Of a DNA stretch of 47,567 nucleotides, positions 25,789-33,739 are shown one piece after another. The first letter of the stretch is position 1. The number at the start of each line of letters is the position of its first letter. The position numbers and the translations under genes were made by a program. This DNA is from a virus (lineage: Duplodnaviria; Caudoviricetes), in the IMG/VR virus record IMGVR_UViG_3300031949_000065, positions 1-47,567 of that record, one strand, 5' to 3'. The notes under the pieces are model-generated. The model was not told where the DNA came from. It saw only the letters and a program-made list of their open reading frames with translations, and did not search any database.

Positions 25789-26060
25789 TCCCGCCGCGCG
25801 ATGGCCGCGTTGGCGAACATGACCACCTGGTCGAGGTGGGTCAGCGCGAGCGACTGCTCGCGGCTCTCGGGCGTCAGCTCCACGAGGTCGCGCGCGAAGG
25901 CCAACGCGATCGAGCGCAGGCGGTTGTAGCGCGGCACCTGGTCCTCACGCGGCGGGTGATAGGTGAAGCGCACCTCGAGCTCGAGGAGCTGCTTCGAGAG
26001 CCGGTCGGCCTTCTCGGCCTCCGGGCTTCGGGTCTGCCCAACGGTCACGGTCATCGCCAT
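25785..26060 (-). CDS. Acb2/Tad1-like helical-hairpin protein (putative nucleotide-signal sponge)
   Basis: RFTYHPP..RY..LR..PESREQSLALTHLDQVVMFANAAIAR signature. Confidence 0.7.
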   Translation of the reverse strand: MAMTVTVGQTRSPEAEKADRLSKQLLELEVRFTYHPPREDQVPRYNRLRSIALAFARDLVELTPESREQSLALTHLDQVVMFANAAIARRE

Positions 26061-26221
26061 TCCTCCCAGGTGAGCTCCGCGTCAGGATACGCCTGCACGA
26101 AGCGGTGCAGCGGGATACCGCCTCGGATCTGGCCCACCTCGTAGAGCCTGCCGTCGTGGGTCACATCGAAGCGCCACGCCGAGCGCATCTTCGGCGACCA
26201 GATCCGCAGGCGGCCGATCAC
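26051..26221 (-). CDS. Small hypothetical protein
   Basis: GTGA-coupled start MIGRLRIWSPK. Confidence 0.45.
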   Translation of the reverse strand: MIGRLRIWSPKMRSAWRFDVTHDGRLYEVGQIRGGIPLHRFVQAYPDAELTWEEWR

Positions 26222-26832
26222 GCCGGCACCCCCCACTGCTTCGTCCCGAAGCGGTACGCCCGCTCGAGCTCGTGCCAGTCCTCTGCCGACCCGCCCATGT
26301 CCGGGTGCGAGACCTTCGCCTTCGAGCGGAACGCGGTCTTGATCTCCTCGACCGAGGCCCCAGGCTCGACCCCAAGCACCTCGGACCAGGCGCGTCCGCC
26401 GGCCTTCTCGGGCAGCGCCACGTAGCCGGCAAACGCCTGGAGCGCGTTGCCGACTCCCCAACGCGACTGCCCGCGCAACGCCTCGATGTGCTTCGCGATC
26501 GCGCGCAGGTTGTGCTCCGCCCGGTCCCAGCGATCGCAGGCCAGGGCATGCTCGACCCACTCGAGCTCCTGCTTCCGGAGCTTGAACCAGACCGAGACGC
26601 CAGGATCGGCCGGCATGCGCTGGTTTGCGTAGGGCACGCCGTCGGCCTTGAGCTGGAGGTTGGTCGAGATCACGACCCCCCTCGCGTTCATGCGGCCGAG
26701 CTCCGCGCGCACGTTCTGGGTCTCGCGGTAGACGTTGGTGTCGCCGAAGCGCGCGGGCCGCCGAGCCTTCGACCGCGCCCAGCCGGCGGGCCAGTAGAGC
26801 GGGAAGGCGGTCGCGCCGACCTTCTCCTTCAC
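26218..26832 (-). CDS. DnaJ (J-domain) containing phage protein
   Basis: PLYWPAGW..VISTN..DPGV..ACDRWD..RWG N-domain; C-terminal WSEVLG..HPDMGGS J-domain. Confidence 0.85.
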   Translation of the reverse strand: MKEKVGATAFPLYWPAGWARSKARRPARFGDTNVYRETQNVRAELGRMNARGVVISTNLQLKADGVPYANQRMPADPGVSVWFKLRKQELEWVEHALACDRWDRAEHNLRAIAKHIEALRGQSRWGVGNALQAFAGYVALPEKAGGRAWSEVLGVEPGASVEEIKTAFRSKAKVSHPDMGGSAEDWHELERAYRFGTKQWGVPA

Positions 26833-27104
26833 AGCCCGGCCTCGGCCAGGGCGCGGCGCGCGCGGCGGCGCAGGCGCACCCAGCGCGCGTGCCAGCTCGA
26901 GCGGTGAAGAGCTGCGATCTGCGCCAGCAGCGTCCGCTCACGCTCGACCAGGCGCTTTGCGTGGTGGTTGCAGACCCAGATCGACGACCCGAGGCGGCGC
27001 CCCACCTCGAGCTCGAGCACGGATTCGTCGAGACGCCGCCGGTCGCAGTAGGCGCAGAAGCGGCGCCCGTCGTCGTCCTCGTAGAACTCGATCACCTCCC
27101 CCAT
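26829..27104 (-). CDS. Hypothetical Zn-binding protein
   Basis: CAYC..CNHH. Confidence 0.55.
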   Translation of the reverse strand: MGEVIEFYEDDDGRRFCAYCDRRRLDESVLELEVGRRLGSSIWVCNHHAKRLVERERTLLAQIAALHRSSWHARWVRLRRRARRALAEAGL

Positions 27105-27116
27105 CGGTCGCCGAGC

Positions 27117-27389
27117 CTACCGGGAAGTGCGAGGCACCACAACGGGAGGCGGAACCCCCACACGGCGCGCCAGCGCGCGCACGCCGGGACACCCCAGACA
27201 CGGAGCGCGAGAGACGATCAGCCGGCGCGCCGCCACCCCCGCATCGTCCGAGCCAACGCGCGGCCGTCGCCGCGAAATCACCGCGTTCTGCTCGCAGCCC
27301 GTCACCGTGAGCCGCGCCGCGTAGGCCGGGCACCAGTAGAGCAGGAGCTCGAGGCTAGAGGCCGGACCCCGCTTGCCCTTGCCCGCCAA
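27117..27389 (-). CDS. Hypothetical Cys protein (start uncertain)
   Basis: WCP..GC..CLGC; TTG start just after hairpin. Confidence 0.4.
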   Translation of the reverse strand: MAGKGKRGPASSLELLLYWCPAYAARLTVTGCEQNAVISRRRPRVGSDDAGVAARRLIVSRAPCLGCPGVRALARRVGVPPPVVVPRTSR

Positions 27390-27391
27390 AG

Positions 27392-27432
27392 AGAAAGCCC
27401 CCCGATCCGACGAGAGACCGGGGGGCCTTCTT
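27392..27432. terminator. GC-rich hairpin, possible bidirectional terminator
   Basis: AGAAAGCCCCCCG..CGGGGGGCCTTCT with T-rich tails on both strands. Confidence 0.5.
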
Positions 27433-27523
27433 CCGTTGGGGGGTCTCTCGAACAGCTCGAGGCCGTCCAAGAACCCGGCGGGAAACTGGCACGACCCGCG
27501 CAGCCGCGCAAGTATGGTCAGAA

Positions 27524-27685
27524 ATGCCGCCCGAGCTCTGGACGCTCCTCGCCTGGACCCTGCTCTGCGCCGCCACCGCGGCGCTGACCCGCCGCGCGCG
27601 CCGACACTACCAGGCCCCGCCCTGGACCCCGGCCCCTCCGCCGCCCCGCCCGATCGCCCCGGACGGCCAGGGCTGGCGCGAGTAG
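27524..27685 (+). CDS. Small single-pass membrane protein, possibly leaderless
   Basis: MPPELWTLLAWTLLCAATAALTRRARR..; TATGGT -10-like element 5 nt upstream. Confidence 0.4.
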   Translation: MPPELWTLLAWTLLCAATAALTRRARRHYQAPPWTPAPPPPRPIAPDGQGWRE

Positions 27686-27719
27686 ACCTGGCGGAGCGCG
27701 CGCCGGCGCGGTAAAGGTC

Positions 27720-28260
27720 CAGCCGTGGCGCCTCTCCCCGCAGACGTTTTCAAAAGCGGTGGGCGCCACACGTTCACCAACCAGACCCCGGGAGCCGCAA
27801 GGTCCCCGGGGTCTGCTGCTTCTACCAGGACCCCGCTCGACTCGGGGATCCTGAGGTCGCGGCACGAAGAGCTCGAGCGGCAGGATTGCCGCCCCGCGAT
27901 GATCCGTGCCGACGAGGGCGCCGGAGATCCCGGAACCCAACCCAAGAGCCGCACGTGGGCGGGCGATGACCGCTGGCGCGTGCGGCCGCTGGTCGCACCA
28001 GGGGGACGAGGCCACAGCGACAGGGGTAATCCGAAAGGTGGACGCCCCGGCCTCCGCGCAGGCGCACTGCGCGCAAGGAGCCACTGAGCGGGAGGCGGCG
28101 CCGCCGACCCGCGCCAGCGACCGACCGTCGCCAGGCCGAAGGAGAACCAGACCCGCCGGAAGGCGGGGACGGTCCTTCCTCGGCCAGCTCCCTCCCTTCG
28201 CCCCGCGAAGCGCGGGGTCCTTGGCCGGCTACGCCGGCGGACGGCCGCGAGGGACCCGAT
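27720..28260 (+). ncRNA. Candidate structured RNA / hairpin-dense intergenic tract
   Basis: Stems at 27782-27815 (GCAA loop), 27948-27986, 28152-28167 (GGAA loop), 28201-28217 and others; no convincing ORF. Confidence 0.3.
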
Positions 28261-28589
28261 CAGACCTCGCTTGGCGGCGGCTTCAAACTTCCCTGCCGCC
28301 CCTTGCTCTCACCGCGCAGATCCATCAGCCGCGTCACCCGACCCCCCCTCGTCGCCGCCTTCGAGTGCTGCGGAGCCTGCGGCGGCTGAGCCCGAATCTC
28401 CGAGAGCGACACGCTCAACGCCTTCCGCGCCTTGCGCTCCCGCCTCACCGGCATCGCCGCCACAGGCGCCTCGTGCCGCACCACCTTCGTCGCCGGACAC
28501 GACCGGCAGCGGTAGCGCGCCAGATCCGGCCGCAGCTCGAGCACCTCCATCGGAGCTCCGCAGCGAGCGCACCAGAAGACCTTCGGCAA
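28260..28589 (-). CDS. Zn-ribbon basic protein
   Basis: CARCG..CRSC; TTG start. Confidence 0.55.
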   Translation of the reverse strand: MPKVFWCARCGAPMEVLELRPDLARYRCRSCPATKVVRHEAPVAAMPVRRERKARKALSVSLSEIRAQPPQAPQHSKAATRGGRVTRLMDLRGESKGRQGSLKPPPSEV

Positions 28590-28592
28590 CGG

Positions 28593-28793
28593 TCAGCGGT
28601 CCATCCGCCGCTTCGAGTGGACCCCCTGCCCACGGAACTTCCCGCGCTCATGGCTCGCGAAGAACCGCTCCTCGTTGATCTTCATTCGCTCGACCTGGGC
28701 CTTCTGGGCGAGGCTCCCCTCCCACCCAGACCCATCGTCAGGCGCCACCCCCACCGGGTCGCGGCTCCTCTCGAACTTGCGCTTCCTCGGCAT
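28593..28793 (-). CDS. Small basic protein, first gene of leftward block
   Basis: GAGGAGG RBS, MPRKRKFER. Confidence 0.6.
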   Translation of the reverse strand: MPRKRKFERSRDPVGVAPDDGSGWEGSLAQKAQVERMKINEERFFASHERGKFRGQGVHSKRRMDR

Positions 28794-28917
28794 GACGACC
28801 CTCCTCGATCAGCTACCGTAGCCGCGGCTCCGCCGCAGCGCCGCGCCGCTCACCGCCGCTGGGGACGCCCACGACCCGGAGAAGCGCGGGGAACGCCGCC
28901 GCGGCGGAGCCACCCGG

Positions 28918-29425
28918 GGGACCCGAAAGCGCCACAGAACGGCCGCGGGACCCTGGCGGGCTGGCGTAGAAGCTGCGCAGCAGCGGCCAGCCTGGGACCC
29001 GCGGCCCAGAGGACGCACAGCCCGGGGGACCCGGCAGCGGGCCAGGGCGGCGCAGCACAGCGGCAGCCGGGACCCGGAAGCGCGACAGAGGGGGCCCAAC
29101 GGCGTAGCCACACGATGGACCCTTAGAACCCGCTGGCGAAGCCGGAATGTTTAGAAACGCGGCGCGCGGCAGCCGGAGGGACACGAAAGCGCGCCAAGGG
29201 CGGCCGGCCGGGGGCGCCCACGTGGAGGGCGTGGGCCCGTATGACGAGGGACCCAGGCGTCCCGAGGGACCCGGGCGGCCCCCCACGCCATGCCCCGGGG
29301 GACCCGTCCCGTCCTGCCCCACGCTGGCCCTCGGGTGCCCGACCTACGCCGCGCGCCGCGATCGCATCCTGCCCGATGCGCGCCTCGCCCGCCGTGCTGC
29401 CCCCGTCGGGTGGCATGGGGGACCC
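28918..29425 (+). repeat. Array of GGGACCC heptamer direct repeats
   Basis: Perfect copies at 28918, 28947, 28994, 29026, 29069, 29248, 29266, 29299, 29419; variants at 29091, 29116, 29178. Confidence 0.8.
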
Positions 29426-29510
29426 TGCCCGCCGTGGTCTTCAGCGCCTCCGCGTGGAACAGTTCTTGCGCCCGTTGCCCGCTCCGTGGCTCGGGTCTAC
29501 TCTGGGGGGC

Positions 29511-29777
29511 ATGGGCGCGCAGCTTGGCTCGGGTCCGCGGTCCGGTCCGCGTGCGGGGGTGCGTTGCGTTGCCCTTCGGGTGTCGCTGACAGAGGCGGAG
29601 GCGCGGGACCTCGCGGCCGTGGCCGATGCGTGGGGGGTTCCCGTCGGTACTGCGGCCTACGGTCTCATCGCAGACGCCGTCGCACGCTGCCGCAGACGTG
29701 CCCCTTCGTACCCCCGGGGGCTGGCCGATGCCCTTGCGCGCTGGCTCGCGGACGGCGCGCGGGTGTCGGCGGGCTGA
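29511..29777 (+). CDS. Putative ribbon-helix-helix-like DNA-binding protein
   Basis: VALRVSLTEAEARDLAAVADAWGVPVGTAAYGLI strand-helix-helix pattern. Confidence 0.5.
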   Translation: MGAQLGSGPRSGPRAGVRCVALRVSLTEAEARDLAAVADAWGVPVGTAAYGLIADAVARCRRRAPSYPRGLADALARWLADGARVSAG

Positions 29778-30154
29778 CCGGCGTGTCGGGGCGTGGGCAA
29801 GCGCCTCCGGGCGTGTCGGAGCTGCGGCGGGCGCGGCTGGCGGCGGGCTACACGTCGGAGACGGTCGCCGCTTGGTCTGGCATGTGCACCGGGAGGCTGA
29901 GGGAGGCGGAGCTTGACCGTGGCCGTGCGCTGGCGTTGCCGATGCTGGCGGCGCTGCGGCTCGCGGGGATCTACGGGGTGCGGGCCGTTGACCTGTTCCC
30001 CGAGCTGCTGGCGCGGCCTCCGGCGCCGGCGCTGCCGCCCCGTTCTGCGCGTCCTGGTCGTGTGGGTCTCGTGACCACGGGGCGAGGGCGCAACGTCGGC
30101 GCGAAGCCGGACGCGAGCGAGCTTGCGCGCCAGGGCCGCAGGAATGGCGGATAA
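29774..30154 (+). CDS. XRE-family HTH protein (start CTG 29774, or GTG 29783/29813)
   Basis: SELRRARLAAGYTSETVAAWSG..E..ALRLAGIYGV..DLF. Confidence 0.6.
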   Translation: MTGVSGRGQAPPGVSELRRARLAAGYTSETVAAWSGMCTGRLREAELDRGRALALPMLAALRLAGIYGVRAVDLFPELLARPPAPALPPRSARPGRVGLVTTGRGRNVGAKPDASELARQGRRNGG

Positions 30155-30175
30155 GTGCGCGAAATTGCAGGAAAC

Positions 30176-30203
30176 TTGACAAGCCGCAACCCGTTGCTAT
30201 AAT
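30176..30203 (+). promoter_or_regulatory. Consensus sigma70 early promoter
   Basis: TTGACA-16 bp-TATAAT with AT-rich upstream sequence in a ~70% GC genome. Confidence 0.9.
30186..30197. promoter_or_regulatory. Operator 1 GCAACCCGTTGC
   Basis: Palindrome within promoter spacer; recurs at 31244 and 39679. Confidence 0.7.
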
Positions 30204-30269
30204 CGACGTTGCCCCGTGGCATCAAGCCGCGGGCATGACCGGGCCCGAGGGCGGGCCCACGGAGACGCA

Positions 30270-30515
30270 ATGCAGAAACCCGCACAGTCTGGAATCCATC
30301 AGGCCCCGGCCGGATCGCTCGTGATCGGCCGCAACGTCAGCGCCACGGTCGAGGGCGAGGACGTGGTGATCCGCTTCCGCCACGCCACGCGGCTGGGCGC
30401 GTCGAAGTCGGGGAAGAACGTGCTGGTCGCGACGACGGGGGGCAACGTGACCCTCAGCGTCGGGGGCGCGGCCCTCAAGGTCGGGCTGAACGTGTACGAG
30501 CCCGCGGAGCTGTAG
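30270..30515 (+). CDS. Small beta-rich conserved protein, first early gene
   Basis: LGASKSGKNVLVATTGGN..VGLNVY motif; GGAG RBS. Confidence 0.75.
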   Translation: MQKPAQSGIHQAPAGSLVIGRNVSATVEGEDVVIRFRHATRLGASKSGKNVLVATTGGNVTLSVGGAALKVGLNVYEPAEL

Positions 30516-30516
30516 G

Positions 30517-30576
30517 GCCCGGGGACGCGACGGCGGCGCAGGGGCCCATGTCCTGCGCCGCTTGGCGTCTCCGGGC
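30517..30576 (+). other. Long intergenic hairpin (RNase III-like site)
   Basis: GCCCGGGGACGC/GCGTCTCCGGGC and GCGGCGCAGG/CCTGCGCCGC stems. Confidence 0.5.
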
Positions 30577-30606
30577 ATGGGGCCCGGGGCGACCGTTGGG
30601 GGAAGC

Positions 30607-30891
30607 ATGACGAAGACGACGGGGACGGCGGAGCTGCGGGCGCGGGCCGCATCCGCGAGGGCGCGCGCCGGGGAGGCGGCGCGGGCCGCGACGGCCGCGG
30701 AGTGCGCGCTGGCGGTGCTGCCGGCCGGGCCGAGCACGCTGGCGCACGTGCGGATGCTGGCGGAGCGGCGCGCGGCCCATGCGGCGTGGCGGCTCGCGCT
30801 GGTGGAGCAAGCGGAGGCGGAGGGCCGCTACGCGGAGGCGCGCGTGGCCGATGTCGGGCTCGGGCTGGCGCGGGTCGGGGGCGCGCGTTGA
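30607..30891 (+). CDS. Ala/Arg-rich hypothetical protein
   Basis: MTKTTGTAEL, GGGGGA RBS. Confidence 0.45.
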   Translation: MTKTTGTAELRARAASARARAGEAARAATAAECALAVLPAGPSTLAHVRMLAERRAAHAAWRLALVEQAEAEGRYAEARVADVGLGLARVGGAR

Positions 30892-31037
30892 CCGGGCTCG
30901 GGGACGACGGCGCGCGGCTCGCGCGGGGCGAGCGGCCGGGCATGGCGCGCCGGGCGCGTGGGCTCGGGCGCTTCCTGCCCGCGGTGCTGATCGGGCTGGC
31001 CTTGTGGGCCTCCTGCGCGGCCATCGGGGGGGTGTAG
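30888..31037 (+). CDS. Small membrane protein
   Basis: TTGA-coupled; FLPAVLIGLALWASCAAIGGV. Confidence 0.4.
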   Translation: MTGLGDDGARLARGERPGMARRARGLGRFLPAVLIGLALWASCAAIGGV

Positions 31038-31243
31038 GGGTGCGGGCGCGGGGAGGGTCGGTTCTCCCTCGGGCATGGGCCCGGGGTGCGGCCCTCCCCG
31101 CATCCCCCGTGCGACGCCACGCCACCCCGGCGACGCGCGAGGATCGCGCCTGCCGCGCGATCTCGACCCGGCCCGGGCAGGCCTACTGGCGCGAGGTTTT
31201 CGGGCCCGCAGCGGCGCGTCTGCGTCCGCTGGCGGGCCTTTTC

Positions 31244-31255
31244 GCAACTTGTTGC
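31244..31255. promoter_or_regulatory. Operator 2 GCAACTTGTTGC
   Basis: Intergenic palindrome (extends to CGCAAC-TT-GTTGCG) upstream of radC-like gene. Confidence 0.65.
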
Positions 31256-31359
31256 GGCTGGCCGCTCGTAAGCCGCGCGGCCAGCTTTTCCGCTCCGCTC
31301 CCGCTCCGGGGGCGGCGGCAGCCGGCCCGGGTCCTCCCGGGCCAGGAGGAGGAGAGGGT

Positions 31360-31887
31360 ATGAGCGAGACGGGCTCCGAGCGATGGGCGTATCCGTGGGT
31401 AGTTCGAGACGGGCTCCCGACCGGGGAGGGGGCGCTGGCGCTGGCGTTCTCCGGCCTGGTGGAGCTGCGGGCGAGACGGGGCGCGAGACGGGCGAGGGGG
31501 ATCGCGGTCGCCCGGCCCGCGGTGGTCGCGCGGCTGCTGGCCCCCTTCATCGACGGCGCGCTCGAGGAGCGGTTCCTGGCGCTCGGGCTCGATGGGCGGC
31601 ACCGGGCGCTGGCGGCGTGGCTCGTGAGCCAGGGGACGGCGACGGGCTCGCTCGTCCACCCGCGCGAATGCTTCCGCACGGCCATCGCGCTCGGGTGCAT
31701 CGCGGTCGTATTGGCCCACAACCACCCGAGCGGGGACGCGGAGCCCTCGGGCGAGGACCGCGAGGTGACGGAGCGCATGGCGAAGGCCGGGGAGCTCGTC
31801 GGGATCCGGGTCGTGGACCACGTGATCCTGACCGATGGCGGCGCGTTCTGTTCGCTGCGCGAGCGCGGGATCGGAGGGCTGGTGTGA
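31360..31887 (+). CDS. radC: RadC-like JAB/MPN domain protein
   Basis: EERF..VSQGT..VHPRE..AHNHPSGDAEPSGED..G..VVDHVI; strong RBS. Confidence 0.9.
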   Translation: MSETGSERWAYPWVVRDGLPTGEGALALAFSGLVELRARRGARRARGIAVARPAVVARLLAPFIDGALEERFLALGLDGRHRALAAWLVSQGTATGSLVHPRECFRTAIALGCIAVVLAHNHPSGDAEPSGEDREVTERMAKAGELVGIRVVDHVILTDGGAFCSLRERGIGGLV

Positions 31888-32078
31888 TGGCGCAACACAA
31901 GTATGTGATCCGTGGGCTGGCGCAGGAGACCGACTGCGACTGGTGCGGGATGCCGCTCTACCACGGCGACGAGGCGATCGAGACGGACACGGGCGGGATC
32001 GCCTGCTCGCGGCGCTGCGCGGATCGGTACGACGACCAGGCCGAGGAGCGGTCGCGGCTCGGGCGGGAGGTGGCGTGA
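31887..32078 (+). CDS. Small Zn-binding (TRASH-like) protein
   Basis: CDWCG..CSRRC; TGATG coupling. Confidence 0.6.
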   Translation: MAQHKYVIRGLAQETDCDWCGMPLYHGDEAIETDTGGIACSRRCADRYDDQAEERSRLGREVA

Positions 32079-32374
32079 TGCTGCACGGAAAGCCCCTGGC
32101 CTGGAAGCCGGTCGAGTGGGAAGGCGATGCGGACGTGTCGCCCGTGGTGGAGATGCGCGCCGTGGTGGGCGCCGGGACCTACGCGATCCGGCGGCTGCCC
32201 TCCGGGGCGTGGTGGGCGAGGCACGAGGAGCCGGGCGCCTGCGCGTGGTGCCTCGGGGACAACTTCCGCGACGCGGAGCACGCGGCGAACGGATGCGAGC
32301 AGCACGACGCTGGGAAGGCGTGGGAGGAGCTGGGGCTCCCCGGGAAGATCGTGCCCTTCGGGAGGCCGGCGTGA
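32078..32374 (+). CDS. Hypothetical early protein
   Basis: GGAGGT RBS, TGATG coupling. Confidence 0.6.
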   Translation: MLHGKPLAWKPVEWEGDADVSPVVEMRAVVGAGTYAIRRLPSGAWWARHEEPGACAWCLGDNFRDAEHAANGCEQHDAGKAWEELGLPGKIVPFGRPA

Positions 32375-32568
32375 GGCGCCTGGACGTGGAAGTGAGGCCG
32401 CAAGAGGGGGCCTTCTCGATCTACGTGGACGCGATCCGTACGGTGGACCGGGAGTCATTCTCCGTCGCCTACAAGATCGCCGCGATCCTCTCCGGTGCGG
32501 TGGCGCCGGATCGGAGCGAGTGCGCCGAGGTGGCGGAGTCGATCCGCCGATGGCGCGAGGCGTGGTGA
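32371..32568 (+). CDS. Hypothetical early protein
   Basis: GGAGG RBS, GTGA coupling. Confidence 0.55.
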   Translation: MRRLDVEVRPQEGAFSIYVDAIRTVDRESFSVAYKIAAILSGAVAPDRSECAEVAESIRRWREAW

Positions 32569-32789
32569 TGCGCGGAATCACGGAGGACGAGCGGGCCCTG
32601 CTGAACCACGTGACCCGGTGGGGTTCCGACGGCTACCCGGTGGAGAAGTGCGGAAAGCGCGGCTGGCACGTCCGCCAGTGGCGATCGGTGAAGGGACCGC
32701 CCTGCGTCTTCAAGACGAAGCGCGCAGCGGTGGCCCACGTCGAGGCGTTCCTGGAGATCCTCCGGGACGCCGTTGCGGGGAGGGTCTGA
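32568..32789 (+). CDS. Hypothetical early protein
   Basis: MRGITEDE..WGSDGYPV..FKTKRAA; TGATG coupling. Confidence 0.6.
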   Translation: MRGITEDERALLNHVTRWGSDGYPVEKCGKRGWHVRQWRSVKGPPCVFKTKRAAVAHVEAFLEILRDAVAGRV

Positions 32790-32790
32790 A

Positions 32791-33015
32791 ATGAGCCGAT
32801 GCGAAGACTACCCGTGCTGCGGGCATGGCCCGCCGCCGTTGGGCGACGACGGAGGCTGCCCCGACGAGCAGGGCCGCTTCGACTGCGTGCTGTGCGGTCG
32901 CAAGCTGGCCGTTGGCGCCTCCTCGTCGATCTGCGCGATGGGCGCCGGCTGCCGGACGGGCCGGCGCCGCTACTTCGACGAGCAGGAGTACGACGGAGAC
33001 GAGCTGGATCGGTAG
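32791..33015 (+). CDS. Small Cys-rich protein
   Basis: RCEDYPCCGH..CVLC..C..C; GGAGG RBS. Confidence 0.6.
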   Translation: MSRCEDYPCCGHGPPPLGDDGGCPDEQGRFDCVLCGRKLAVGASSSICAMGAGCRTGRRRYFDEQEYDGDELDR

Positions 33016-33018
33016 CCG

Positions 33019-33093
33019 AGGGCCCGGGGGCGCAGGCGCGCAGCCCCGGGCCCTGCCTCTCCCCGTGGCCGGGGGTTCCGGCCCGGGGAGGGG
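33019..33093 (+). other. Two adjacent intergenic hairpins
   Basis: AGGGCCCGGGG/CCCCGGGCCCT and CTCCCCG.GGCCGG/CCGGCCCGGGGAG. Confidence 0.5.
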
Positions 33094-33140
33094 CGAAACG
33101 AGACGGGCCTGGCGAGACGGGCCCGACGTTGGGGGGCGAG

Positions 33141-33500
33141 ATGGGCTGGCGGAATCACCCGGACCACAAGAGCGAGACGAAGGCGGTGAAGGCGGCGTTG
33201 CGCGAGGCGGGGATCGACGCCCGCGTGGGGCACGGCAGCGGGACCGCGTGGGGTTGGCTCGAGATCAACGTGGGGAGCGGCACGCAGTTCGGGCCGTGCG
33301 AGTGCGAGCAAGACGGGCCTCGGTGCCGGCGCTGCCGCGAGATGCGCTGCCTCCGCGATGCGGCGCTCCAGATCGCGCAGCGCGTGACGGGCCGGAGCGG
33401 AGAGCACAGTGGCGACATCCTCGTGCTTTCCCAGGAGGACGGCGGCAAGCCGATCGTGCATCCCCGCTGGCTCAAGTTCGGAGAGGAGGCGCGAGCATGA
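33141..33500 (+). CDS. Hypothetical early protein
   Basis: ETKAVKAAL..GSGTAWGWLEI; CEC..CRRC insert. Confidence 0.65.
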   Translation: MGWRNHPDHKSETKAVKAALREAGIDARVGHGSGTAWGWLEINVGSGTQFGPCECEQDGPRCRRCREMRCLRDAALQIAQRVTGRSGEHSGDILVLSQEDGGKPIVHPRWLKFGEEARA

Positions 33501-33739
33501 AGCCGACCGAGAACGACGTGGTGGGGCACCGGATCACGAAGGTTCGATGGCTCGAACGGGACGAGATGGAGGCGCTGGGATGGGAAGGCTCTGGGGCGCG
33601 GGGCGGTGCCGTCGCGTTGGAGCTGGACAACGGGATCCTGGTCGCGATGCAGGACCCGGAGGGCAACGGTCCTGGCGCGCTGCACTTCTCTGGCGTCAGG
33701 CGAAACGGGGTAGTGTACCCGAACCAGAGAAGGCCGTGA
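33497..33739 (+). CDS. Conserved phage hypothetical protein
   Basis: VGHRITKVR..E..GW..LDNG..DPEGNGPGAL. Confidence 0.7.
   Translation: MKPTENDVVGHRITKVRWLERDEMEALGWEGSGARGGAVALELDNGILVAMQDPEGNGPGALHFSGVRRNGVVYPNQRRP

Noticed and set aside
27946-27990. Group II intron domain V (GAGCCG.. stem)
   Set aside because: Stem length, bulge and loop do not fit; no RT/maturase and no interrupted gene
28918-29425. CRISPR array
   Set aside because: Repeat is only 7 bp with irregular spacing, and there are no cas genes
33080-33125. Hammerhead ribozyme (CGAAAC present)
   Set aside because: No CTGANGA core nearby
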